The notes under the pieces were generated by a model. The model saw only the letters and a list, made by a program, of their open reading frames with translations, made no database searches and was not told where the DNA came from. Position numbers and translations under genes: made by a program. A stretch of 62,483 nt of DNA, the filler included, from Bipalium vagum (Eukaryota): the NCBI GenBank assembly GCA_037834085.1. It is 3 parts of 3 records of this genome, joined end to end, with 100 filler letters (N's around TTAATTAATTAA, not from the genome) between each part and the next. Parts side by side here need not be neighbours in the genome. Positions count along the whole stretch, not along the records: positions 19,644 to 44,686 come from JBBMKC010197609.1; 2 more parts are not named here. The stretch is one strand, 5' to 3'. Below are positions 24,490 through 42,770 of this stretch, piece after piece (position 1 is the first letter of the stretch; every line of letters begins with the position of its first letter).

Positions 24490-25403
24490 TTTAAACGTTA
24501 TAGTGGTGATGGAATTTATTTTTTTTGTAAAGATATTTCCATTTTTATTTTTCCCTTTTTTAATTAGAAAAAATAAGTATTTAATAAAAATCTAGTCCAT
24601 ATTTTTCTAATTTTTATTATAGTTTTTACAGGTAATTAAATGATGATGATGATAACACCAGGTATTTTAGCTGATAAATAGGTTGAACTTCGATGTCATT
24701 GCAGGTCTTTAATCAAGATTAATTTAATATTTCTTATGTTATACAATTTTTTTAGAATCCAGACTTTTTAATTAGTGGAGCATTTTATGGGAGCCCGGTG
24801 ACCTTAACAACGATCAATTTCATTAAATTTTAATGATTACAAAACTAAAGGTAATAGTTACAAAAGTAAAACTAAATATCAATTTGAAATTAAATTAGTC
24901 ATTTAAAACAAAAACAACAGGTAGCTATTTCGAATAATATCAGATACATGTTTCCTTAGTTATAAATTAATCGTGAATGTTTTATAAAGTTTATAACTTT
25001 TCCTGATTTTTGTTTTTATTATATAGATTTTGAATGAATTTATATTTATTTATTAATTAATGAGATTAATTTTTTTCCAAAATATTAACATCTGTGAAAG
25101 ACTCGATAAACATTTTTGAATTTTATTATTGTATTTAAAAAATATAATGATAGCAAACTCTCTTTATGAAACTCTATTTTTCAGTTGTAAGGTGGTTTAG
25201 ATTGAGTGAAAAAATTAAACATAAATTCGATAAGAGGTTGGTATTTTTTTATATGATATTTTTAAAAAATATTTTGATTTAATTGCAAACTTACAAAAAC
25301 AATCTTTTAATAATTACTTATTTTGAAGCGAACATTCAAATAAAGTTTTATAATTTTGATTTTGTCATTTTAAAATCATAATATATATAAAGTAGAAAGA
25401 CGT

Positions 25404-30286
<4,883 letters not shown>

Positions 30287-30558
30287 TAAATATATTCTTT
30301 AAGAAATAAATATTTCTTGTTTTGTTTTTCGTTGGCAATTTTATTTTTCTTAATTCCTGAGAAATTAATTGTTTTAATACAGTTTAAACAATTGATTTGT
30401 CTCTCGACAGAATCTACTCAAAGCAAATATATTTGTTTAATATGTTGTTTTCTAATACAGTTAACCATGACAACGAAATAGAAATTTTTTTCATGTTGTG
30501 TAAATAAATAAAGACGGTTTTGCCTTATATTTCTATTTAAAAATTGCTTTTCTCACAA

Positions 30559-31767
30559 ATGAATGTCATTGATTATCCAAAATGGTCAGATATTTTTTAC
30601 GGTACACTCAGTGGAGTTTTTCTCTTTGGCAGCATCTTTATCCATGTTTTAACTCTCATAGTAATTACTCGTAGCCGAAGATTGCAATCAACAACGAATT
30701 ATTTCTTAATCAATTTGTCAGTATTGGGAATCTTGAGCTCTCTTCCAATGGTATTTGTTATCGTTAATAGTATTTGGAAATTCTTGGAAATCCCTTCAGT
30801 TTTGTGTAAAATTGTTCCGACATTTTCCGAAATGATTATGTGTGACAACCAAGTAGTCTTAGTATCAATTTCTATTGATCGATATTATACCTTAACTCAA
30901 CCCTTGAATTTCAAAATTACGAAATTTCAAACTAAGAAGATGATTGTGTTGGGGATTTTATTTTCCGTTGTCATAAGTTTTCCTTTTGTGTATTTATTTG
31001 ACACAAAAATTACGTTCTATGATTCGATTTGTATCTGCATGGTAAATGTAACGAAAATCGAAACCCATAAGCCCATTTGGATTTATTTATCCGTTGACAT
31101 TTTGCTAAATTTTGTGATTCCTTTCATAATTATAATTGCAGCTTATATTAGGATTTGTACATATACTTGGACTTTTGGAAGACAAGGAATCGGCGCTCGA
31201 TTTCTGCAAAGAACATCGAATAATATCCAGAGATCGAAGGTGAAAGTATTAAAAATCTTGGTTTTGATCTCTGTTGTAGATTTATTTTCAATGATGATAA
31301 TAACTATTCTCAAACTGTTACACTTTCTTTCCTTGGACAAAAAATGGAATGCTATTAACATTTTTATTAACATTTTATTTTACTCTTTGCTAATTAATCC
31401 TGTGCTTTATATTACTCTTAACACAACTTTTCGGAGGGGGTTTAAAGAAATACTCTGTTGGTCAAAAAGACATTACTATAGAACTCAAGCCTATTCCGTC
31501 ACCACCATCACAGCTATTGCAAAGCGCAATTATATCAGTAATTATGATATTGAGGAAATTGGAAATTTTAAGCAAAGACCGAAAAATAACCTATTCGAAG
31601 TTCCAAATGAAAGTGAAAACAAAAATAAATTTAAAAATGATTTTGAATATTCATATGAAAATAATTACTTCGATAATATTATTTGTTCTGACAATGATTT
31701 AAAGCTTCTCAAAACTCCAATCTCCAATTCGTCTTCAATGGACAGATCAAATTTTATTAAATATTAA
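30559..31767 (+). CDS. GPR19: Intronless rhodopsin-class GPCR, GPR19-like
   Basis: Seven hydrophobic segments; RSRRLQSTTNYF, SIDRYYTLTQPLNFK, RSKVKVLK, NPVLY, FRRGFKEILC..YRTQAYSVTT...KRNYI match GPR19 signature stretches. First ATG at 30559. Confidence 0.88.
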   Translation: MNVIDYPKWSDIFYGTLSGVFLFGSIFIHVLTLIVITRSRRLQSTTNYFLINLSVLGILSSLPMVFVIVNSIWKFLEIPSVLCKIVPTFSEMIMCDNQVVLVSISIDRYYTLTQPLNFKITKFQTKKMIVLGILFSVVISFPFVYLFDTKITFYDSICICMVNVTKIETHKPIWIYLSVDILLNFVIPFIIIIAAYIRICTYTWTFGRQGIGARFLQRTSNNIQRSKVKVLKILVLISVVDLFSMMIITILKLLHFLSLDKKWNAINIFINILFYSLLINPVLYITLNTTFRRGFKEILCWSKRHYYRTQAYSVTTITAIAKRNYISNYDIEEIGNFKQRPKNNLFEVPNESENKNKFKNDFEYSYENNYFDNIICSDNDLKLLKTPISNSSSMDRSNFIKY

Positions 31768-32639
31768 TTTTTTTATTTATTTCTGTACTAGATTTATGGT
31801 TTTCGTGATTCAATTAAAATTTATTTCTTAACGACAAAATATTTTATCACTACTTATATTTTATTATTATTTTTAAGCAAATAATATAATATAAATATGT
31901 ATAAATAAGAGATTTTATTTTATAATTTCATTAAAGTTTATTCTCTTAAATTTCTTTGATTTAAAGAATATTAAAATTAACTTATTTCTATTAAGATTTT
32001 TTTCTGTAATTAAATACTAAAATTTATGTTAAATAAATGAAAAATAATTTTGAAAGAAATACTTCGTGCAGAATAACTTTTTATAATGAAAATATTTTAA
32101 TTTCAAATAGAATTTTCTATAATGTTAATAAAGGATATAATTTCTATACATACATTTTTATAATTGTTAGTAGTAATTAGTTGATTCTAATAATACTACA
32201 ATTAATAATATTTTTAAAAATTGAAATATTGTGTACGCTCGACTAATTCTAATAATAATTGTTATCTTATTATAAAAATTTTCTTTAATAATATTATTGT
32301 CATGGATTTAGTACAGTTTGATCATATTATTTATATTAATATAATATTGAAATTGAGAAATAAAAAACAAATTTGATTAATTTTTTATTATATATGTTAA
32401 TAAGACAAGAAACAATTTGAAAATGTGTTGAAAAATTAAAAAGATAAGCATAAAATTAAAATAACTTTTAAGACTTAAAATTCATATATAGGTAATTATA
32501 AATTATGAAAACATTGAATAAATAAAAAAAGTGAAATTATTAAATTACAATAATATTAATACTACTATTACGACGACGACTACTACTACTAATATTAATA
32601 ATAATATCTTTTTGAAAAAATTTTTACTTTTATTAAAGT

Positions 32640-33200
32640 TATTAATTAATTCGCTTATGGATTCTTTATCTGAAATGAAAAAAGGAAAGCTGCTTCTTTC
32701 ATTTGGCAGCTAATGTTTCCTATCATCAATACTGATTGCCTCCATAATTCTATCGTCACAGTAGTTCTGTTCGGTCCTATTGGCGCTAGCTCAAAAACAG
32801 TCTGTTGAAATAAAAATTGTTGATTCAAACGAACTAGTAGGTGTAAGATTACATGATTTTTTTAGGCCGTGATCCTTGGAAATTAACTAAACCAAATCGA
32901 ACAGAAAAAGAGCTTTTTATTATTATCGTCATTAATGTTTGACTGGAGTATTGAATGAAATAGTCTGGCATGTAGACGAGAAACAGTGATAGTCAAACTG
33001 GAGTGTTGATATGTGGTGAGTGCAACGCACAGGCGTTTCTATTGTTGATAAGGAGGTGTTCTGCGACAAAATTGACAATTCCTGTGATTTTATGTTGGAG
33101 TTTAATAAATTTGATGTTGTCATACCTTGTTTTACTCATAGGATTACAATACAGCCTAACTGTAATAACAGAGTCGGACATAGTGTGTTTGTTAATATTA
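32640..33200 (-). mobile_element. Decayed Penelope-like element, GIY-YIG endonuclease region
   Basis: TVRLYCNPM, TTSNLLNSN, QFDYHCFSSTC, QYSSQTL (YIGQT-like), ISKDH, DRIMEAISI..LPNER in the expected order, with stops and frameshifts. Confidence 0.45.
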
Positions 33201-34399
33201 AAATATTAACATTAAATAGATTTTCATTTAATAATTGATTTTTCTTGTATATTTGATTGTAAAAAAATCGATACCTGATATCTTTTTGCAAAGGTCTTCT
33301 GAATGAATACAAAAATTGAATGAATGAAAATATAATTTTAAGTATCAAATAAATGAAGTTTATATTGATTATACAACTGAGATTAAAAGATTTATATAGT
33401 ACAAACCATTATAATGTTAAAATAATTAAAAGCAAAGGCCGTTCTAATAAGTTTTCGAAAAATCATTTTAAAAGAAATATTTAAAAGTTCTGGACAGGTG
33501 TCTGTGTATTTATAAAATCTTTTTTATAAAATTATTTTATTCAGAATCAAAAATCAAACTTGTTAATAATCTTTTTAGTTCAAACGTTCGACAAAAGGCT
33601 CAAAATATGAATCTGACTAAAAATAATTAATTTGAATGAATATTGAGATAAATTCTAGATCTTTTAAAATTGAAATTTGGTGATGAGTATCAAAATTCTT
33701 AAAGGGATTCAGATGTGGCATTCTGTGTGATTAAAATACAATGGACTTAAGATATCACTTAAAATCTGTCAAACTTCAATACATTACATTGTGTACCAAT
33801 ACCTAAATATGAGAAATCAAATAATCTAATATTTTCTCGAAAATAATCTTATGCTACGTTTAAAATAATAATCCATTTGAAACCCATACAAATCTGACAT
33901 TCGTGATGATGTATCATGGATTTCTTAAAAAGAGGCCGAAAAATGAGTCTTCTTTCCTATCACAAATCTACTATTGGATCCATTTTCAGTTACTTGTTGC
34001 ATTTTCTCACAATATTCTAACGACCAGGAGATGTTACCCATTGTAGATCAATAAAAACATGGTTCGAGTGAGTGGTGGGTCTAATAAGACTATTGATATA
34101 GAAGTACACAGTCTAAAATCAATGATAACTGGATTTCCTATTCCTTATAGAAGTAACATCACCTTCGACAACTCCAGTCTCAATGATCTGACCCGGCTGT
34201 CCAAGGTACCAAAAGCCACAGAATCAATAGGAGTATCAGGATATATTCTTATGGTCTTGACAGGTTGCAATAGTATGACTTTATGGTGGAGAGCCAAAGT
34301 TTAAAGATTTTCAGAATTTAAAAAATTATACATGCGACAGTTAAATAAATTTTCAACCAAAATATGTTTAATAACTTTGCCATAGATAATAATTATTCT

Positions 34400-34620
34400 T
34401 CTAGAAAATTATCTTTTAGTTCCTTTGGGGTTTATATGTCACCGTATTTTCCAAGCTTTTCAATAAATGGATAAAAATACGTATAATTATTCTTCAATAT
34501 GTTAAGGCAACTGATCATACAGGTTAAAAAGTAATAGATTGATTGGCCAGTAAAACGATCAAAATAATGGATCACCTTTTTCGTGGCTCTATTTTAATAT
34601 CCAATAACAAATCCTCTACA
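34400..34620 (-). mobile_element. Degenerate LINE reverse-transcriptase remnant
   Basis: IEPRKGDP...YWPINLL resembles K.GD...YRPISLL. Confidence 0.3.
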
Positions 34621-36266
34621 TGAAAAATAAGTTGAGTGCTTAACAATCTTTATTTCCTGAAGTTGGTGAAGAGAAATTAAGATCACAGCTTTTTGGAATG
34701 AATTAAAAACTTTAAGGATTTGAGAGAATAAAAATGTATATGTTATCATGGTAATTTTGAAAGGCAATTATCTCATTTAATTTTTTGAATATTTTTATTC
34801 TTTTGTTAAAACATTTCACTCCAAATTGAATATCTAGATAATAGGATAATTTGTGAGTGAATTAAATATAGAATGAAAACCTTAATAAAAAGAAAAGTCT
34901 GATAACAATAATTTTATAATCGACATTGGAAATTTAGAAGCATGTATGATACATGTATCGAACAGAAAACTACAGAAATGCAAATGTATTATATATAATA
35001 TTATATGTTAATCGTGATAAGAATTGAAGTATTCAAGATTTATAAATATTCTAGTAATAGAAGTGCAAGACAATAATTAGATCCCTAAGTAAAACAATAG
35101 TTTTTCCATTAAGAAATAATTTAAGTAAGGAATTATTTCAATTCTCAATATTTTAATGAAAAATTGCCCAAAAAAGCGGAAATTTAGAATAGATATTTGA
35201 AATTTCATGTAAATTATCACCAAGTTCATTATAAAAGGCCATCAAAATGAATTTCACCACTTAAATCCTTGTAAAATGAAATTTATTTTTTCCATACCAT
35301 TTCACATGATGCAGAAGCATTCCAGAAAATTTATTTTTCTGAATATAAAATGTACAACAATAATGTTTTTAAATTTAGGATCAGTTTTCTTAAGTTACCA
35401 TGAAGACAACTACAAATTATGGAGAATTATATTTTTATTTGTTTAATTTGTTGAATACAAAAGTATTCTCGTTAAAATACATTTCTTTCCTGACAATTTT
35501 ATCTTGAAAATCAAAACTTCATCATATGAAGTAATAATACATTGAAGCATCTGTGAATCTTTTCTTATTCATTTAAATTTAATATGTACGTTTCAAAAAT
35601 TGATGATATGAAGTAATAAGATAGAAATAAAAATAGTGATGATCATGTATTGTTATGTAACTAGAACAAATTTGGAATAGTTTTCGAAAGAATCTGAATT
35701 ACAGTTAAAAGTTAAATATATCTTATTTATATTACTAAAATTAATATTCATTTTTTGAATCCCTTTATAAATAAGATTGACCAGGTAGATACGATTATCT
35801 GATCAATTATTAATTTAATTAACTTAATCTCACTCATTTTAAAATAAGGTTTAATTTCGGATCAAATATAATTTCTAACACCAATTAGAATTATAATTTA
35901 TTTAAATAATTTTAAGTTTAATGTACGTAATAATAAATATTTCAAAATTTGAGAATATACGTTAACAATTATTATATATTTTTAATTAGATCTGTTTAAT
36001 GATAATTTAAATGATGACAAAATCTGAAATTTTAATTAAAATCTTCGACATACACAATTGTCAAGCACATATTAAATTATCCAAAAATCTTCACCCCGCA
36101 CATAATTTTAAGCGTCCTATCAAAATTACATCAAAGCAACCAATAAGATTGTCGATATTAATTTGTATGCCAATTTTAAAACTGATTTAATGATTTGGCA
36201 CACAGGGAACAATCATATATATACATTAATTTTCCCTACTCAGACATCAGAAAAATTACCCATACA

Positions 36267-39200
36267 ATGAAAGAAATTATTTGGTACTTAATGGATTTAA
36301 TTTTATTAAATAATTTAACTTCTTTCATTTTTAAGGTCTTTGCTAGTGATTTTCGTCATCAATACAAATTCCGTTAGTTATTTTTCAAGAATTTAATTTA
36401 TTAAGTAAATTTTAGCAATGGACTGGTCGGAAAAATTGTAATGAAATATGCGATGTGAATGTGTGCAAATGTGTTGGAATAGTTGGACCAAAAGTAATAA
36501 TTTTTATAATTAGTATAATTAATAAAATAATTTGTCTACAGGGTGACTACGGAAGAATAGGAAATCCTGGATTAAAAGGACCGAAAGGTTATGCTGGTAG
36601 CATGGGAGAAATTGGCATGCGTGGCCCAATAGGAGATTCTGGCTCTAATGGTCAGAATGGAAATCCAGGAGATAGAGTAAAGAATATGTTTTAAAAGGAT
36701 ATTAAATTGAATATAATTATAGGGAGAACCCGGTGATTACGGTATTCCTGGTATTCATGGAGACCCCGTAAGAAAATTATATTTATTATTAAAGAATTAT
36801 TATATTTAAAATCATTAGGGAGATGTTGGGTTATATGGAGATAGAGGTGATGTCGGTCTGCCAGGATGTAATGGGACAGATGGAGATAGGGGGAACAACG
36901 GTTTGCCTGGTATTGGGGGAATTTCTGGAGATAAAGGTATAAAAGGTGATAATGGTGATACCGGTGAACCTGGTCTACCATTTCAAGCGAGAAAAGGAGA
37001 AAAAGTATTCTGTTGATTTGTAAATAATTTTATTAAAAATTAATAAGGGAAAATCCGGAGATAAAGGAATGTCTGGTGAAAAAGGAGAAAAGGGATTTGA
37101 TGGAAAGAGAGGTATTGAAGGAGAAAAGGGTGATAAAGGATTTCAGGTACGATTTATTATTTTTATATTTTTATTAAAAATAAGTGTAAAGTTATTATAA
37201 ATATTAAAATAATCTTAATAGGGTGATGATGGAGATCAAGGACCAGTTGGTTATCCAGGTGAACCAGGAGATCGACCAGCTGGTTTTGCACAAAAGGGTG
37301 AAAAAGGTTTACCTGGTCATAAAGGAGATGCAGGAATGGATTGTAAATTGGTAATTTTAAAAGGAATTATACCACCTGATCAAAAGGGTGAAAGTGGTGA
37401 TAAAGGAGAATCAGGAGTTAAAGGGAAGCCTGGTCTAATTGGTAATCAGGGTGATAAAGTAAACATTTATTATAAATGTTTGTAATCTTTTAAATATAAA
37501 TATATAGGGTGTAACTGGCGATGTTGGAACGCCTGGTCTTAAAGGAAGTAACGGAGATCAAGGAAATAGAGTACATTCTATATTATTGTTCTACATAATA
37601 GTTCTATATAATTATTTTAAAGGGAGATCAAGGACTAAAAGGGCATCCGGGTAATAAAGGAGCAAAAGTAAATTTAAAAAGAAATTTAAAAAAAGGTTAA
37701 TAAATGGTTATAGGGCATTCGAGGTATAGATGGAACTATTGGTTCTAAAGGTGTAAAAGGACCAAAAGGCTTACCTGGTAAACAAGGGATCGATGGAAGT
37801 AGAGGTTACAAAGGAGAAATTGGTGAACCTGGGGTAGTTGTTTTTACTATTGTCAACTTTTAATTATTAATGATCTACACAAAGGGAAATGGAAAATGTG
37901 TTGGTAATATACAAGGTCCTCAAGGGCCTACTGGAGAAAAGGGTGAAAAGGGAGACCAATGTTCTGCAGGCTTACAAGGTGATCAAGGAGATTTTGGTGA
38001 TAAAGGATCGCAAGGACCTGATGGTCCTGTGGGGGATATTGGAGATTCTTGTGCACCTGGTGAGAAAGGAGATACTGGTGAGAAAGGAGAAAATGGTAAT
38101 CTTATTATAATTAAGTTATAATTAAAATTGTATTAATTAAGGTGAAACTGGTGTTATTGGAGCCAGAGGGGATTTTGGGTTTAAAGGAGAGAGTGGAGAT
38201 GAAGGAGAAATGGGAGAGGAAGGAAAATCTATTAAGGGTATTAAAGGCGATGAAGGAGATGAAGGTGTTATAGGCGATAAAGGTTTAATTTATGAAGTTT
38301 AATTCATGAGATTCATACATAAATATAAAAAGGTTCGAAGGGGTCTAAAGGTGTTAAAGGAGAAAGAGGATTATCCGGAAGACCAACAACAGGTGTAGTT
38401 GGTCCTAAAGGAAAAAAAGGAGAAAAAGGTCTCAATGGCCTTGATGGTAAACGAGGTAAAAGAGGACCTAAGGGCATGAAAGGCATAATGGGGTCAGCCT
38501 GTAAATTATGTCAGAAGGGTGAAATTGGTATTAAGGGAATGAAAGGTATTCAAGGGAAAAAAGGCAATGATGGACCTAATGGAAGAGATGGAAATCCCGG
38601 TTCTCGAGGAGACAGAGGCAGACCTGGAAGTGATGGTGCAATTGGGGCTGACGGCTCTTATGTAATTTTTTTTTAAATAAATAAAAAATTTAAAATAAAT
38701 TTTTTACAATATCCCACAGGGAGATGTTGGAGAAAGAGGCCTTTTGGGCGATAAAGGAATAAAAGGTGAAAAAGGTGATTCTCATGAAGAGAAGATTGCT
38801 TCTATCAAAGGAGATAAAGGTGAGAAGGGATATGATGGACAGGTAGGTCCAAAGGGAATTAAAGGATCTCCTGGCCCCAATGGACAACAAGGTATACGTG
38901 GTGATGATGGAGAACAGGTTTGTACTTTATAGTATAAGTAATAAAATAACACTATGTTATAGGGTGTAACTGGGGATATTGGGGATGTCGGAATGAAAGG
39001 TTATAAAGGAGAAACTGGCAATAAAGGAGTTAATGGAAATGATGCCGGACCTGTTCAAGGAGAAAAGGGTGATTCTGGTGAAAAAGGAACTAGAGCATTT
39101 GACGGAGAAAAGGGTGAAAAGGGAGAACCTGGAAGTTGTACAATTGCATATGTTGGACATATTAATGCAACTGGTCTTATTTTTTAATTTACTCGAAGTA

Positions 39201-42200
39201 TTATTTTTTTTAAATATACAGAAAATGGTGACATGGGAGACGATGGAGATCAAGGTGAAAAGGGCTCGGTTGGTAAAATAGGAATTAAGGGTGAAAAAGG
39301 TGAAAAGGGCTTTGACGGGGAATTAGGTAATAAAGGAGAAGTTGGAAATAAAGGATTGAAAGGAATTAAAGGAATACCAGGACTTAAAGGTAGTAAATAT
39401 ATTTTTTATTTCTTTTTGCACAGTTTTTTATAATTATTGTATATTAGGAGTTGCCGGTTTATCCTGTGACATTGGACCAAAAGGTCATGATGGAGAAAAG
39501 GGAGAAAAAGGTTATAAAGGTTTAAAGGGAAGTATTGGTGACAATGGAGAGAAAGGTTACTTCATATTAATAATAAGTATATATTAATATAATTTAGGAG
39601 ATAAAGGTGAACCCGGAAAAGTTGGAATGTCTGGTATTGGAATTAAAGGTGAAAAGGGAATCAATGGTGAGCCCGGTGCTACTGGTGTAGATGGTGATAT
39701 GGGTGTTCAAGGTGATATTGGTAGACAAGGTCCAACAGGTAAAATATTTAATGCTAGAATATTTTAAAACGATTTCATTTCAATGTAGGTCAAAACGGAA
39801 TTGATGGACAAATCGGAAATAAAGGTATTAAGGGATTAAAAGGAATGGTAGGAGAACAAGGTCCTATTGGTAATAAAACAATAAAAGGATCAAAGGGTGA
39901 TAAAGGTAAAATGGGAGTCACTGGATTGAAAGGATTGAAAGGAATGACTGGAGAGAAAGGTGAATGTGATGGAGTAGGTCTCGTTGGAGAGATAGGAGGT
40001 ATTGGTCAAAAAGGAGAAGAGGGAGAAAAAGGTGAAAAAGGTATATCTGGCAATAAGGGCCAAACTGGATCTATTGGAGAAATCGGAAGAAATGGTATGT
40101 ATTATCATAAATTATCACTGAATTAATTATTCTTTGTAGGTGATAAAGGGAATGTTGGATTTAATGGAGAAAAAGGAGAAATTGGAGATATTGGAAAAAA
40201 AGGCGAACCTGGACAAGATGGAGTTCAAGGGGACATTGGGCGTGCTGGCGAAAAAGGTTTTAAAGGAAGAAAAGGAGCAGAAGGTTCACAAAATAATAAT
40301 TTATATCATTTCTCAACATAAATATTAGGTAATATTGGAGTAAAAGGAAATCAAGGTGCAAAAGGAACCAAAGGGAATAAAGGTCTTAGTGTTAAAGGAT
40401 CTAAAGGAGATAATGGAGTTTTGGGAACCATCGGCCAAAAAGGTAGAAAAGGTATAAAGGGATCTTCCGGAGAAAAAGGCGAAAATGGTCAAGAAGGAGA
40501 AACTACTGTCGGAAATAAGGGAATAAAAGGAAATCAAGGAGATATGGGAGATGGTGGAAATATTGGAGAGCTTGGTAGTGAAGGAGATATAGGTGCAGTT
40601 GGTTCACATGGTCTTGATGGAATTAAAGGAATAAAGGTTAATTATTTTAATTTATAAACTAACTCAACTAATTTTAAGGGTGAAATTGGTGAAATTGGAG
40701 ACAAAGGTATTGTTGGAAGGAAAGGTAAAATTGGTCCAAGAGGTCCAAAGGGAGAGAGAGGTGACATTGGACAAAAAGGCAAAAAGGGAAATATTGGTGT
40801 TGATGGTGATAAGGGAATGCGTGGATCTCCTATAAAAGGAATTCAAGGATACATTGGTGAAAATGGCTCTATTGGTGATATTGGTTTGGTAGGAGAACCC
40901 GGAGAAAAGGGAGATAAGGGATTTGGAGGTCTCCAAGGTGTTAAGGGTGATATGGGAAGAAATGGAAATATTGGTGAACGGGGTGAGACTGGACCAATTG
41001 GTATTAATGGATCACAAGGATATCAAGGTTTTATAATTTTCATATTAGCCCTACTTATATTCTTTTAGGACCAAGTGGAGATTCGGGTGATAAAGGAGAA
41101 ACCGGTCCAAAAGGAAATATAGGAAATGTTGGTGATATTGGTGATATTGGGCTGAAAGGAAAGAAAGGATCGATTGGTATTTGCACTCAAGGAGAGCAGG
41201 GTCTTAAAGGAAAGATTGGTGAGCCAGGTAAAGATGGATTTATAGGGCAGAAAGGCTTTGAAGGTATGCAAGGAAGGATTGGAAAAAATGGTGAAAAGGG
41301 TTTATCAGGTATTGGAATAGATGGAGTAAGTGGTGATGCTGGAGATAGAGGTGAAGATGGAAAACAAGGTATGAATATTATAATTTTAAAATCAATTATA
41401 ATAAGTATATATTAATAGGTATAAGTGGAGAAATTGGAGAAATTGGTGATTCTGGAGAGCCGGGTGTACAAGGTCCAAAAGGTCAAAAAGGTAAAAGTGG
41501 TGATCAAGGAGAATGTGGGATAACAGGAATTGATGGTGAGAAAGGAGATAAAGGTAACAGTGGTATTAAAGGAATTAAAGGAGAAAAGGGTCTTCGTGGT
41601 GATAAGGGTTTGGAAGGTATTAAGGGCATAAAAGGAATAAAAGGTGTTAACGGTGAAATTGGAAAGACTGGTGATAAAGGGGTGGAAGGAGCTAAAGGTA
41701 AGAAAGGAATAAAGGGCTCGAAAGGCAGAATTGGAAATACTGTTATTGGAGAAAATGGAGAAATTGGTGATAAGGGTATGATGGGTAATGTGGGTATGAA
41801 AGGAAATAGTGGACAACCGGGTTTTAGAGGTCCAAAGGGTTTAAAAGGAAGACAGGGTTCAAAAGGATTTATTGGAATTGAGTCAGGCCCTATTGGTGAT
41901 AAGGGTGAATTAGGACCAGAAGGTGAGAGGGGTATTTCTGGTCAAAAAGGTGATTCAGGTCCTAGAGGCCCTAAAGGTTTGACTGGGGAGGAAGGTCGAA
42001 CTGGCGATGCATTGGAAAGTACATACTTATTTACAAAACATTTCCAAAATAGGAATGAAAAAATAGAATGTCCTGCTGGTTCTTTAAAAATATTTGATGG
42101 TTACAGTTTTGTAATGGCAAGTGGAAATCATGAAGTAAATGTCATGAATCTTGGATCACATAGCTCTTGCTTGAAATATTTTAATATCATGCCTTTCCAA

Positions 42201-42770
42201 CAGTGTGCAAGAGATGGAAGCTGTAAGCAAAAGATCAGAGCGGATAAATCTTACTGGCTTGCTTCATTGGCTCCCATAACTGGTAATATGATTGAAGTAC
42301 AAAATATCGAAAAATATTTATCAAAATGTGTGACGTGTGAAAGTGCAGCAGAACCCTTTGCATTCCACTCTCAAACAAATAAATTGAGTGATGTAATATG
42401 CCCAAGTGGATGGACTGAATTGTGGAATGGATATAGCTTTGTTATGGTTAGCAGAGTTTTTTAAAATTAAAAATCATTAATTTTGTTTTAGCATAGTGCA
42501 GCAGGTAATGGAGGGGGTCAGAGTCTGTCTTCTCCTGGAAGCTGTTTGTCATATTTTAGGTTTTCTCCTTTAGTGGAATGTAACAATGGTATGGATAGAT
42601 GCAATCATTGGCATGATGCAAGAGCTTATTTCTTGAGACATGTTGACAAAGAATTCGAAAATCCTAAAGGGAAATACATTAAAGCAGATGAGGATTACCA
42701 GAATGTTTATGATGAACTGAGTCGATGCAGAGTTTGCATAAAAAAGACTTCACAGTCGTTTTATAAATGA
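36267..42770 (+). CDS. Collagen type IV alpha chain (alpha2-like NC1), ~26 exons, roughly 1750 aa
   Basis: Signal peptide [18 protein letters not shown] (36267-36283 + 36336-36372); Cys-rich 7S ([13 protein letters not shown]); long interrupted Gly-X-Y over short-intron exons; NC1 in 41419-42447 and 42492-42770 ([47 protein letters not shown]). Confidence 0.96.

Noticed and set aside
33930-34304. 81-aa + ORF, with an antisense reading faintly like a cadherin
   Set aside because: Stops in the antisense frame and no coherent splice model; more likely a decayed retroelement, but I could not assign it.
36691-41816. Many minus-strand and alternate-frame ORFs across the collagen gene
   Set aside because: By-products of GGN-periodic collagen codons; no independent motifs.
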